Origin: Rhynchopus sp. YZ270_cl-10
Lineage: Eukaryota
DNA: 64,000 nt
Assembly: GCA_964035575.1 (NCBI GenBank)
Contig: OZ037834.1
Coordinates: 1,860,001-1,924,000 of the forward strand
Direction of reading: 5' to 3'
Both the position numbers and the translations under genes were made by a program. The stretch's first letter is position 1. Each line of letters starts with the position of its first letter. Below, piece by piece: positions 27,441 to 39,772 of this stretch. Below the pieces are notes generated by a model. The model made no database searches. It worked only from the letters and a program-made list of their open reading frames with translations, and was not told the DNA's origin.

Positions 27441-29889
27441 ATGCGTTGTTTGAGTTTGATGGCTGCGGCCGCCATGGTCGCCTTGTCACAGGGACAGTCC
27501 CTGATCAACAAGTGTCAGTACGACTCGGACTGCCGTTTGTACCACGACTTTGCGGCGACGTGCAACAGCGGGCTGTGCTCGTGCACGGACATAACGCGCA
27601 CCTACACGACGTACGACGGTGTGTCGACCACCATCCCTACCTACTCGAGAGACGCAGACGCAAACATCTGCTACCAGACATACCTCGACCACGAGAGCTA
27701 CAGGGCATACAACCCCATCATCAACGTCACCGTCAAGCTCTACTTCACCGACGCCGCCGCGACGTGCGCAGAGATCAACGAGGCCAGCGTGCGCACCGAG
27801 GCACGCGCCCTGCTCAACAAGGTCGTGCCGTACAGCAACTTCACCGAGGCGCTTGTTGTGTGCCAGCCGTCCGTCGGTATTGTCTACGTGGCAAAGGTCT
27901 TCCGTGATAAGTACAACCTGCTGACGGACCTGAACACCAAGATCCAGACCGAGCTTCTCGACGAGGAGCCGACCACCGCACAGCCGGTGAGCGACTACCA
28001 GAACATCTGGCTGCTGCTGAACCCCAGCGGTACCACCAGCACCTTCGTTGAGTCGAACCACCTCCCCTGCTACCCGCAGACCTCCAATGGCAGCGTGGGG
28101 GCAATCCAGTCGACCATCACCCAGGACGACAACTCTGCGTTCATTTGCCAGTCGCTGCAGTGCGCGGACCACCTCTACCGCCTTCACGAAAACGCGCTTC
28201 TGTGGTGCAACAGAGACGCCCCTGCGATGGACGGTGAGGAGATCGGAGGTCTTGTTATTGGGATCATCCTTGGGCTCATCGGGGTGGCCCTTATTGCGGT
28301 GTTCTGCATGCGCAAGACGCCCGAAGGACCTGGTGACGATGTTCCCTACGCCGAGGTGAAGGAGGTTGAAGAGGTTGTCGAGGTCAAGCCTGCCCCCCCT
28401 GCCCCCAAGCCCGTCCCTGTCCCCGTTGTGGTCAAGAAGGAGCCCGCCCCCGCCCCCGTGCCCGTCCCCGTTGTTGTGGAGCGTGTCCCCGAGCCGGAGC
28501 CCGAGCCTGAGCCGGTTGAGGACCGTTTCGAGATTGAGCGTGCCGCAGGTCTCGTGATCCTCCGCGCCATGAAGAGGAACGGATGGCGCAAGGACTACCT
28601 CGCAAAGCTTCTCCAATTCCACACCGCAGAGAAGGCCCGTCTGTATGTGTTTCTCTCCAAAAAAAATTTTTTTTTCTCAAAAATTTCTCGAAGGGTTGGT
28701 TGATAAGTGACGTACAGCGAGGGGTTTGAGATCTTACAATATTTTCTAGGGTTTTGTAAGGAAGTTTTTAAATGTTGTCGATAAAATATGTAGCCACCAC
28801 CACCACCACCACCCCTAATACTTTCAGTGCGAAGATTGCGTCTGGAAAGGCCGGATCCCTGGGATGTGCTATTGACCCCGACACTATGCTTGTATGCTTT
28901 CACCCCCACCCTACCTCCCCTATGTCGCTGTGCCTTGGCAAGGTTGGCTTTTGAGAACTTACACTCGATTTTTTGCTCCTGATTCCCTTTTCCCTATTGT
29001 GACTCTTTTTTAAAAGCAAAGAGCAGCACTACCCCTCCACCCCACCTAACACCTTGCCATTTCAGGTGCGTGAAAAGGCTTTCAAGGCTGACGGAGCTGC
29101 TGGAGAGGGTGGCATGCAGCCTGGTGACAAGGTGCTGTTGGTGCGCTCGTGGGGACGTGGAGGACGTGTTATTAACGACCCTGCCCCGGACTCCGTGCAG
29201 TTCCTGTCGAACGTGGGCCCGCCGAACGAGGTGTTTGAGGGCACAGAGATTGTCATCATTGTGTGCCGTGGGTCTGCCGTCGACAAGTGGAACGCAAAGG
29301 GCCAGAAGTGGTCTCGCACAGCACCCGGCAGCAACGCCGAGTGGATTAAGGCCATGGAGGACGTCGAGACACATGAGTGCAACGTCACCCTCAAGCCCGA
29401 GACAGACGGCGCAAAGCGCACCCGTGTCAAGAAGCTTAACGCACGCAAGAAGGAGCTCAACATCGAGAAGATGGACGTCGACCTGGTCAACCAGTTCATG
29501 TATGTTCTTTTTTTCGCTATGCGATATCGAAGATGTTTGCATATTTAAACAACTCTTTCTTCAGGTCTGACCCCGTTGCGTGCAGGGAGTTCACGAAGAC
29601 TGTGTTCAACAAGGCCGACGCAGATGGATCTGGCAAGCTTGAGGAGAGCGAGATCAACGGAGTGTTCGAGGTCATGGCCGAGCACACCGGCTGCCCCATC
29701 CCGACACAGAAGGAGAAGAAGGTGCTGTTCTACCGCATGGACGAGGACGGCAGTGGGGAGATCGACTTCGATGAGTTCTACCCGCACTTCCGCGCCCACC
29801 AGATCGTTGCCATCAACGAAATCCTCTTCGAGGCTGACCCTGAGGATGAGTATGTTCCCTCCCCTACCCCCCATCACAGCAGAGAATAA
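27441..29889 (+). CDS. Single-pass receptor-like protein with Cys-rich ectodomain, TM, Pro-rich linker, IQ-like motif, PDZ-like domain and EF-hand pair; exons 27441-28642, 28828-28891, 29066-29499, 29565-~29849 (3' end uncertain)
   Basis: Three GTATG..CAG introns join the ORFs in frame. GSLG...GAAGEGGMQPGDKVLLV is PDZ-like. DADGSGKLEESE and DEDGSGEIDFDE are canonical EF loops. Confidence 0.8.
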
Positions 29890-29894
29890 GACTC

Positions 29895-29983
29895 GGGGAC
29901 CCGGGACCGAGTACCGGGACCAGGACCAGGACCGGGAACCTTGGCCAGGACTGGGACCCAGGGACCGGGGACCGGGGACCCGG
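29895..29983. repeat. Degenerate (GGGACCR)n tandem array
   Basis: About 13 imperfect 6-8 bp units just downstream of the EF-hand exon. Confidence 0.85.
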
Positions 29984-32210
29984 CTTATTCTCTGCTGTGC
30001 CCCCCATTCCCCATCCCCTCCCCCAACTACACAACGGTGAACTAAGTGAATCGAATTGTGGTTAAAAAAAGTTGGCCTACAACGGTGACAACATTACAAA
30101 GTAAAGACACTTTTCACAGTGTATTTTGAAATGAATTGCATGGAATAGACCAGCAATTCCCATTTGATGCTTATAATGGTGTGAATGGAGGCGCAAGAAG
30201 TGCGAATCAGCATCATCGAATTTTTTTTTTTGTGCATGAGGGAAAAGTGCGCAAGAAGTGCGAATTTACCCCTTCAGACACACCATATAAAGTGATTTCA
30301 ATGTGCTGGTGTTGATGCTGTTGTGCGATGTGACGACAGCTGATTTGGACAAAAAAAATGTAAATATTAATAAATCCACACCCCTCTTTTTTTCTCACAG
30401 CGAATAGACAGTATTGAAGGGGGTTCGTTTTTGTTCAACATAGTTATGTAAAGGAGGAAAAATTTAAAAAAAAAAAAAAAAAACAGGGATTTTTTTTTAT
30501 GCCATTTTGAAAAAAAAATATTAAAAAAAGAGATGTTTTTTTTTTGTTGTTTTTTTTGTTGTTTTTTGGGGTGCAAAGAAAAAATAAAATATGCGAGGGA
30601 GAAAACGTTTAAGGGGAGAGGAGAAGCGAGGGAGATAGAGTGAGAGAGGACGTTACATTTTCAAGAAAAAAAAGACTGCAGGATTGAGACATTTTTTTGT
30701 TGTTGTTGTGTGGTGTTAAAACACAGACACGTAGTTTTTTAATAAGGTGACTCAGTACTGATCATCTTACCAACCCTTTTCTCTCTTTTTTTACGATGTA
30801 TGTGCACGAGAGGCACATTTGTCTTTCAAATGTTTTTCTTCGTTTAGTTGTTTGTGGTTTTCCCCCTGGAGCACATTACATTGGGGTGCACTACACTAAT
30901 ATAACCAGGTTTTTCAAAAAATAAAATGCACAACTACCACACAGTCTGTCTCTGCCTCTTCTCTCTTGTCTCTCCCTTTCCCCCCTTTTTTTTTTGGGTG
31001 CCCCATTTTCTGATGTAATTAGATTCGTCCCCACTTCCCCATCCCCACAATGTTTTTTTTGCAAAGATGCGTTTATACTAGGAGTTCCTTTTTTTCATCT
31101 TTCAAAAAAAAAAGTACTTTTTTTTCTCTTTCTTTCTCCTGTTCAGAAATAGCTTCGTATAATATGGTGGTTTGAACACAAAAAAAAAGTTCTATTTTTT
31201 TAACGTCGCAACGAGAAAAAAAAAAAAAAAAAAAAAAAGGCGAGACATACTCTATGTAGGTTATCCTCTAAATACAAAAAAAAGAAAAATTCAAAAAAAA
31301 AGTTTTTTTTTAAAAAAGTATAGGACAAACGTAACCGGTTGTCTTTCTTTGTAGTAATTCATTTTTTCGTCTGTGCTTGCCCCAAAACAAATTTTTTTTG
31401 TGAATCCCGCGCACAGCTAAAATGAGCATTTGTTACAAAGGTTTAATTGTAATATGTGATGGACTGTCTAGTCATTTCACCCCATCTCTCCGCTGGGATT
31501 TTCACGGTCTAGTTTTTTTCTTTTCTTTTTTTCTTTTCTCTTCCTCTTTCTCTCTCTTTGACTTTTTTAAAAAAAAGAGCAAAAACACACATTCATTTAG
31601 CCTTTGGGGCGATTTCGTTGTACAGAATCCGTCGATACAACAGCAAAAAAAAATAGTAAATAATCGTTCGTTTCAGGTGCTCCAAAACAAAAAAAACCTA
31701 AGTAACACCTCCGTGAAATTTCCCTTTTACACCAGGGCGGGGGGGAACGGGGTGGGGAGACTCCGGTGCAAAAGAGAGATTTTTTTAAAAAACAGTTTCT
31801 TTTTTACTTTTTTTTTCTTTTGTTTCGAAGCGCCAGTCCTTTCCGTCGAGGGTGCTCTGCAAGACCGATGTCTTCCCCTTCCTGTGTTCGGCAAAACAAG
31901 AAAAAAACAAAAAACAAAAAAAAAAACAAAAATACGCAAACGTCCTGTATTTCTACTACATAATCTACCTACCCCCTTTTTTTTCCCCCACCTCACCCCC
32001 TGTTCCGTCACGTCCGCCTGCTCTAAATAAGGAGAACAAAGAAAAAAGTGGAGTTCAAGAAAAAAATAAGAAAAAAAAATAGTGAGAGCTCCTCTGTGTC
32101 TACACTAAAATAATTTTAAAAAAACCAAGTTTTTTTTTTCAAAAAAAGGAATCCACATTAATAGGTGAGCTGCGATTCATCTTACCAAAAAAATGGGCGA
32201 CATTGTGTAC

Positions 32211-32250
32211 AGATCCTACCTCGGTAGGTGATTGTCGATAACAACAAAAA
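32211..32250 (+). repeat. Hairpin family G (...AGGYGATTGTCGAYA-CAACAAAA), representative copy
   Basis: Copies near 3522, 9360, 34285, 39500, 43953, 54742 and 55321, all on + and most A-tailed. Confidence 0.8.
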
Positions 32251-33180
32251 TGGACAGTGGAGCTTGCACAAGATGGCAGCTACACTATTTCCAACAATTT
32301 TTCAAAAAAAAAAAAACTTTTCTTTATTTTGGAGCACGGATACTTCAGGGTGTTTAAGGGAAGAAAAGGGGAGTAGACAGGAATGTTAGCTTTGTAGTGA
32401 GGGGGGAGGGAGAGGGAGGGAGTGGTGGGGGGGATGATGAAGAGGAAAAGACTGGGAAGATGGCAGTTGTGTTGCCCCTCTTTGTAACTCTTGTTTTCCC
32501 CCCCTCCCCTCCCTCCCTCCCCCCGACCAAATTTTATTTTTTTTCTCTGGAAAAAAAAAAATGTTTTTTGGCAACAACGGTATTGGCCTATCCACACAAA
32601 AAAAAAAAAGTTGTGTGTACTTTGTCATGATTGCCCCTCCCTCTTGGTTTTCTCTCTTTTTTTTTTGACCGCGTTTTTTTTTTTTTTTTTTTTTGTATGC
32701 CAAATTTTGTTTTTTTTTTGAATGGCCTTTCGAGATTCGGGAAAACACACAGCCCATTTCCCCCCTCCCTTTCCCCTCCCCCTCCCGTTCGCCACCACAC
32801 GCAGCAAACAAAAAAAAAATATTATAGTGGAGTGCATCCTCGAGGTGTCGACACTAATACAACCAAGTTTTCACATATACTAAGCACATAAAAAGAGCTC
32901 CCATTCTTGACGCTTCCATCGAAAAAAATACAGTGATTCAAAGAAAACGGAGACAGTGGAGCTTTCATAGGGTGGCAACTACAGCATTACAACATTTTTT
33001 TTCAAACAAAACCCACCTTAGGCGGTTCATGGATAACTACCATCCGTCGCCTTTTCGTTTGGGATTTCAATTAAAGGATTTTACTCCGATATTGGATCAC
33101 TGTGGAAAAAACCCCCCTCCCATTCCCTCTTATCACCATTCTTCCCAGCAGGGTATAGTGCTTTGAGGTGCTCCCAGACA

Positions 33181-34065
33181 ATGTTCCGTCGTACCACCGC
33201 CTCGTTCGCTCAGTTGCTTTGTACTAAGGGGCAGCGCGCGCACATTAAGTCCTGCTTTGCTGAAGGAAACGTCACGTTGACCCCATCTTCTAAGAGTGTT
33301 TCTGTTGATAAGGTTACTGTGGATAATGCTGCCTGGCGTTTGATTGCTACCGGGGCGGTGAAGGGGTTTCCGAGCAATGATAAAAAACGGCTGGCAGAAT
33401 TAGACCGCCTGGTTGCGCTGATGGGGAACACAGAAGAGTTCCGTTCCAAATGGGGGGTCGAGCATATTATTGGTGTCGACGAAGCAGGAAGAGGGTGTTG
33501 GGCAGGGTGTGTCAGTGTGGCGGCGGTTTCTATACCAATGGATGTTCTCATTGAAGGGGCAACGGATTCGAAGAAACTCTCAGAAAAGGCGAGGCTCGGT
33601 ATTTTCCAGGAGATGTTGGCGCATGAAGAAGTCAAAGTGGCAGCTGTCCTGGGATCTGTCGAGGAGATTGATCGGAGAAACATTCTGCGTGCCACGACGG
33701 ACAGCATGAAGCGTGCGGTAGAGCTGTTGCTCGAGAGCTACCCAGAGTTGAAGAAGAAGGCGGGCATTCTCGTGGATGGATCGAGTATAGTGTATGGAGG
33801 GAAGATGTGTGGGTTGCCTGCAGATGACGTTGAAAAGGGCGATCTTAACCATCTGAGCGTTGCCGCAGCCAGCATCGTCGCGAAGACTCTCAAGAATCTC
33901 ACATTGTTGCCGTTGGAAACGGCACACCCCGAATACTCCTTCTCAAAACATAAGTCTTACGGCACGGCACTGCATAAGTCTGAGTTGGACAAGTATGGAC
34001 CCATCCGCGGGGTCCACAGACAATCATTCAGGCCCATGAAAGAGATGAAGAATTGGAGGGAATGA
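33181..34065 (+). CDS. rnhB: Bacterial-type ribonuclease HII with a putative mitochondrial targeting peptide
   Basis: GVDEAGRG, DSKKL, LVDG, KGD..SVAAASIVAK, HKSYGT..H and HRQSF motifs; N-terminus MFRRTTASFA. Confidence 0.9.
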   Translation: MFRRTTASFAQLLCTKGQRAHIKSCFAEGNVTLTPSSKSVSVDKVTVDNAAWRLIATGAVKGFPSNDKKRLAELDRLVALMGNTEEFRSKWGVEHIIGVDEAGRGCWAGCVSVAAVSIPMDVLIEGATDSKKLSEKARLGIFQEMLAHEEVKVAAVLGSVEEIDRRNILRATTDSMKRAVELLLESYPELKKKAGILVDGSSIVYGGKMCGLPADDVEKGDLNHLSVAAASIVAKTLKNLTLLPLETAHPEYSFSKHKSYGTALHKSELDKYGPIRGVHRQSFRPMKEMKNWRE

Positions 34066-34816
34066 TAAAAAATGTTTGAGAAAAAGAGAAAAAGGAGGAG
34101 AACGTAGTGAAACGGTAAAACGAAACGATAGAGGCGAGGAACGGCTGCATGTAGCGCATAAAAAAAAGCGAGGTGTCCACACGTTATCAATTGTTTTTCA
34201 AAAAAATTGCACAACTGTGGCAACACAACCGAGGCAACTACACTACTCCAACAATTTATCAAAAAAAAAAAAAAGATCTAGTACAGATCCTGCACTAGCA
34301 GGTGATTGTCGACACAACAAAAATCAAAAAATTTGTGAAGGACCTTAGAGGGTAGAACAGTGGTGGTATTGTGATGTGTTCATGTATTATGAATGGGGCA
34401 ATTATCACAACACAGCCACTAGGGGGGGAGAAAAGCAACCGCCACCTATTAGAGAGGCTAGAGTATAGAACTATTCCTGGTGGGGTCAGGATGGATGTTT
34501 TTTTGCACTTTTCAATTTCTTTATATTTTTTTCCCCCAAACGTAATTAGAAACCAACAACAAGATCTCCCTAGAACAAGTATCCCATTTTTCCTTTTTCC
34601 ATTCTGTCGTTGGCCACAGGGTACTTATATTTTCTTCCCGATGGGTCTAGCACCGTACAGCATCGGAGCAAATAATTATTTCCCTTTTTCCCCCTCTTCT
34701 TCTCTTCCAACACCCAACAGAAAAACTCCCCCACACACATTACCTTTTCGGGAGCAGAAAACCTTCCCTTTTTCCTCTGTTTTGCCCCTCACCTTGGGGG
34801 GAGAAGCGAAAAAAAA

Positions 34817-37800
34817 ATGGCGTGCGATAATGAATCCACGCCGACTGGACGTGGTACCGGCATCACCTCGCCTCTGTCAACTACAGGGAAGAAGGTGTGG
34901 GTCCGCGTCGCAGGGAAACAAGACCACGAGGCGCTTGGGGTGCGGGTCGCCGAAGGGAGCACGATTGGTGCGTTGAAGGAGCAGGTCCTGCGGTTAGTGA
35001 GTTTTGAGGACTTTCCGGTTACTGTGGGGGTGATGGAGCCGTGCCACCTGAATGTCATGACACATGACACCCTCCTTGAAGACGACGAGCCAACACACAG
35101 CTATCTAGACTCAACCTTAGTGGTCATGCCATCTGCCCAAGCATGCAAAGCTGCCAAAGAAACCCCCCCTTCTCCAGAACCATCACGGGATACAGGAGGC
35201 GACACACTAGCCGCGCTATGGGATGGCCTCCCATCCCTAGCCACACCCACTCATGTCATGGAGAACGAAGCTGGGCAGGCAGGCTTTGCGAATCAGGTCA
35301 ACTCCCCTGGCGAGGAGACCCTTTCGAGGGAGCTTGCAATGGATGAAGCAGGGGGAGGGGGAGGGGGTGGGGTGGCAGATGTGAGAGAACGGCGTCCAAC
35401 GGAGGTCCCGGACAACCTCAAAAACGTGCTGTCTGCGACATCATTACTGTCAAACACGGATCTGTCGAAGGAAGGAAACACGATCTCCCCAAGAAGCTCG
35501 ATGAGCTCATTGCAAGATTCGCTCTCTACCTCGAGAAAGCCTAGGCTTGGAAACTCTGTGCGTTCGAGGTTGAATAGTAGTGGAGGGGGAGGTGGTGGTG
35601 GTGGTGTCAGAACCCCCTCCCCAGCCCGTTCCCCTCATGTGTCGCCTACTGCAGGTCCACAGAAGAGCCCTAGAGGCATTCCTTCTGGCGTGCCTTCAAC
35701 GTCTTCGTCGTATGAGGATTCTAAAGATTTGAGGCCATTGGCGCAGGCTTCGCAGTCAGTGTACCTCAAGGCGCTGTCGGATGTGCAAAGTTCAGAATGG
35801 CAGCAGCAGTGTCTAGGGCTTGTGATGTTGCGGCGTTTCGTGCTGTTTCACCCGAATGTGTTGATAGGGAACCTGCAGACAGTGCTCCTCGCGGTAACAG
35901 CGTGTTTAAAGAATCTGCGGAGTTCGGTGGTGAAGAATGCGTTGCTCGCTTTTGGGGATATTGTGAAGTCAGATTGCAGGTATGAAGGTTGTAGATGGTT
36001 TATGCCCAATTTTTGTCGACAATAAAATCAAAAAAAAAAGTCACAAAAAATACCCCTCACAGAGACCACCAGGCCATGGTCGCACAGCTAGACCCAATCG
36101 CACACCAGATTCTCAGCCTGGCAACGTCTGACAACAACTTCATACGAAGTGCTGCTGAGGAGTGCTTCGACGCTATCACCACGGAGCTCAGCGATGTACT
36201 ACGGTATTGCCTCACAAAATTTTCACACATTTTTTTTTTTCCCCAACAGTTTTGAATTTCTTCACAACCCGTCGAATACCCCCCTCCCTCCTCCCTCCTC
36301 TTCAGCGTTTTTTTTTTTTTGTGTGACATCGTGCCTGAAATAATAGAATTTCACTTCTATTTGAAAAAAATAAAATAACCCTCCCTCCTCTTCACCCTCT
36401 TCCAAACCACTCCTACACAGCTTCCGCCTCATCAGCAAAATGCTTGCCTCCGCCGCCAGCAGCAAAAGCGGCAGCATCCGCTCAGAATGCATCTCCGTCA
36501 TCCACAAGGCTGTCGTCAGCATGGAGGCAAGCTCCGTGGCACGCTATCCGAAGATGTCTCTTTTGGTGAAGGCGATACACAACTTCCTGGGCGACGCATC
36601 GGAAAGCTGTAGACACAATGCACGAAACTGTTCTACCGACCTTGCAGCGCAGGTAGGCGGTGTACAGGAGTATATTACCATCATGCAGCAATATATGCAC
36701 GACAAACAGGTTGAAGATGTCTGTAAACATATGGGTCATGAATGGCAAGAACTGCTCCCACCAAGCGTTAGCAGCACCCCCACCAAACGCACCACCAGCC
36801 GTTCTCCGGTTCGTCACCGTGCCTCTCCTTCCCCGGCACCGCAACACCCCACCGCGTTAGATGCCTCCCACCTCCACCACTCCCTCAACAGCAGTGTCCG
36901 CCATTCTCCTCCCTCACCGATGAACGACGAAATTCCGAGCGAAACACATCATACAGCTACTCCAGCGTTATCAGATTTAATTCCTCATCCACAGAGGGCC
37001 TGCCCATCGTTTCGACCAAGATGGGGTAACCCTGCAATGTGCGACTGTTGTAAGCTTGCAAAATCCGCGCATAATTCCGATAATCAACCCAAAAAGGTAA
37101 AAGCGGGGAGTGTCGTTTCCTCTAAGGGAGCTGCCTCAACCTCGAAGACGCATCGTCCTCCTGCCAAGCCTTTATCTCTTAATGGAACCACCTCTTCGTC
37201 AAATTCTGCGAAAAAGATTCGCCCTGCTGCTTCTACACAACGCTCTCTTTCGAGCAACGCAAAAAATAATTGGGATACCTCCTCCCAGACCAGCCGGGGC
37301 TCCGCCACCTCTAAGGTTAGCCGTTCTAGCAGGCTTTCTGCTTCCGCGAAATCTCCGAAAAAAACTACCGGGTCTTACGCTCGCACCGCAAGCTTACGAT
37401 CGAGGAGTAGTACCGGAGCAGGAGGTAGTTCTGTGAGAGGTACCTCGGCTACCAGATCATCATCGCGAAGCAATTCTAAGCCGCCAGCTCCGTTGGCTCC
37501 GGTGAAGAGAATGCCATCTGCAACGCGGTCATCTTCTGCAACGAGGTCGTCTTCGTTGTCTGGGGGGAGAACTGCATCGAACAGCGCTGGGAGTGGTGTG
37601 GGTACTGCGGTGACAACGAGGTCCTCTTCTCCTGGGGCGAGAAGGTCTGCCTTGAAGAAGGGGGCAGCAGGGTTGTTGAATCCTCTCACAGAGGCCGATG
37701 TGGTGCCGGCAGTGTCGCCAGCGAGGCGTGGGGTGAGTGGCAGTGGTGGTGGTAGTGGTGAGGTTGCAAAGCTGCTAGCCCAGATGGAATCCATGCAAGA

Positions 37801-38357
37801 CCAGCACCGCAAAGAGATGGCTGAGAAGGACGCAATGATCATGAAAATCCTCACAGAGAACTTCGACCTGAAGGAGAAGCTCGAAGCAGTGCAGAAGGTA
37901 TGCTTTTTTTAGTTGAAACAAAAGTTGTAAACCACGAAATGGAGGTAGAACTGCATGGAGGTCCACTGTACCAAGGTGTACTGTTTATGAGCGGGCTTTA
38001 TTTTTGTCACCTCATGAAATGAAGGAGGAAATAGAAACAACGCACTTTGAACACACTTTGCGGTTCTAGAGAAGAACCGCGTTGCAGAGCCACTCCTCAC
38101 CAAACAGGTCGAGGTGTGTGCGTTTCACCACAACCTCTCCCATGGGTTTGATCGTGTGATGAGTGTTAAGTTTCTATTTCAAAGGCAAACTTTATTTTTA
38201 AAATAAATTTATCAAAAACCCAACTAAACAGGAGGATGTAAGTCATGTGACGATTTTCACCACCCCGCAGTACCCCGTCGAGGGTGGCGGATCCCTACCC
38301 TCATCTCCAGGGCGTTACTCTGCAGGTGGGCTGGGGAACAGCCAGACGCAGTTCTGA
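34817..38357 (+). CDS. TOG/CLASP-like HEAT-repeat protein with ubiquitin-like N-terminus, small Zn finger, S/R-rich tract and coiled coil; exons 34817-35979, 36063-36203, 36421-37897, (38108-38113), 38232-38357
   Basis: SSEWQQQCLGLVMLRR, KNLRSSVVKNA, NNFIRSAAEE and DASESCRHNAR are TOG-domain signatures. GT..AG introns keep the frame. The last two exons are inferred. Confidence 0.78.
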
Positions 38358-38613
38358 ACAAAATTGAAAAAAAAAACAAAAAATGCAAAAAACAAATCAA
38401 AAACAACAAAAAGAAAAATTGATGTTGGAGAGAGACTGTTTGAATTGTAGCTTTTCTAACAGATGGCAGCAAAATCAACAGATTAAAAAACAAACAAAAA
38501 AAACGACATTTTTATTTATTTAGATTTCCCCCCTACCACCACCCCAATCAGCGATTTCTACCCATTCGCTTGCATTCTGGATTTATTTTTATTTATTTTA
38601 GTTAGAAACTCAT

Positions 38614-39050
38614 ATGCATACATGGTAGTCTGGCCACTCCGACAGACCTTTGATAATCCTGAACTTTCTTGACTTTTTCTTGACTTTCAGAAGTCAGGAA
38701 ACAGTCAATATTCTTTTCGTGACTTTTCAGACTTTGAAAAGTCAAGAAACAGTGCACGCCATAGATACGACACACTGAATTCTTCGGAAAAGAATGGCCC
38801 AATATCAGAGGCCTTTTCGTGAACTTTATGGAAAGTGTGGAAAATTGCACAACCGTGGCAACTACACTACCTCCAACAATTTTATCGAAAAAACGTTTAC
38901 AAAAGTGGTGCTTTCGGTCAACGACCTGTCAGCGACGTGTCACGACCTGTCGGTGACCTGTCGGCGACCTGTCAATATCGACCCCTCCCGGAGCACCAAA
39001 AAGGGTGTCTTTTGAGTCTGTCACAGTCGACCAGACTACCATGTATGCAT
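38614..39050. mobile_element. MITE with 20-bp TIR carrying nested insertions
   Basis: ATGCATACATGGTAGTCTGG / CCAGACTACCATGTATGCAT. Contains a family E hairpin and a TGGTG element. Confidence 0.7.
38906..38998. mobile_element. TGGTG...CACCA family micro-MITE with CGACCTGTC subrepeats
   Basis: TSD AAAAG on both sides; a related copy at 43595-43662 has TSD CAACA. Confidence 0.75.
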
Positions 39051-39739
39051 TCAATTATTGTTATTATATTTTTGGGGAGAATGGAGACGAGCATAGTGCC
39101 TTATGTTCGTTTTCCTTCAAAAAAAGAAGGATGTACTTTTAAAATCAACTAGGAGTCATGTCTGCGTGGAATATTGCCCATAGTGTCGAGGAGGCTTTGA
39201 ATTGTTTTTTTTTTTTTTGTTGAATTTTGATTTTGATAAAGTGGTGACCAGGCATGCAAAGGTTCTTCGCAAAACCCCCCCCATTTTTAAAAGATAACTA
39301 AGCAACGAGAGGCTTAGGTTCATCTTATAAAATTTTTTATTTAGAGTACACAGTATGGAACAAAGGGAAAGGATTTTTTCTACAACGCGATACCGAAAGT
39401 AGTTGCTACTTTTTAGCTTTTTTCTGCATTACAAAAACAAAACAACAACAAAAATAGGCCAATATTGAGTACAAACCCTAGGTTCCCCAAGCGGGTCCTT
39501 AGGCGATTGTTGACACAACAACAAAAAAAAAATCCGTGAAAAATTAAGATTTTGTCCATTTTTCCGTATATCCCTCACCACAGCCCAGGATTGGCTCGGA
39601 AATGCCACAAAAAAACACTGTTTTTTTTCTTCTTCCACCCCCCTGATGCACAACCGTTGCGTTTTGGTCCGGAAACACGATTTTTCAGAATATTTTTTCC
39701 CCCCAAAAGTCGCCTGCATGATGTATGCGTTTTTTCTTC

Positions 39740-39772
39740 AAGATATGTGTGCACGAGAGGCACATTCATCTT
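39740..39772 (+). repeat. Hairpin family B (AAGAT-ATGTGTGC-ACGAGAG-GCACAT-TC-ATCTT), representative copy
   Basis: Copies near 772, 1503, 2974, 20748, 21101, 22231, 30795, 52723, 55531 and 56338, all on +. Confidence 0.85.

Noticed and set aside
32080..32316. CRISPR array or integron attC array interpretation of the hairpin chains
   Set aside because: Repeats are heterogeneous and irregularly spaced, with no constant-length spacers, no cas or integrase gene, and a eukaryotic context.
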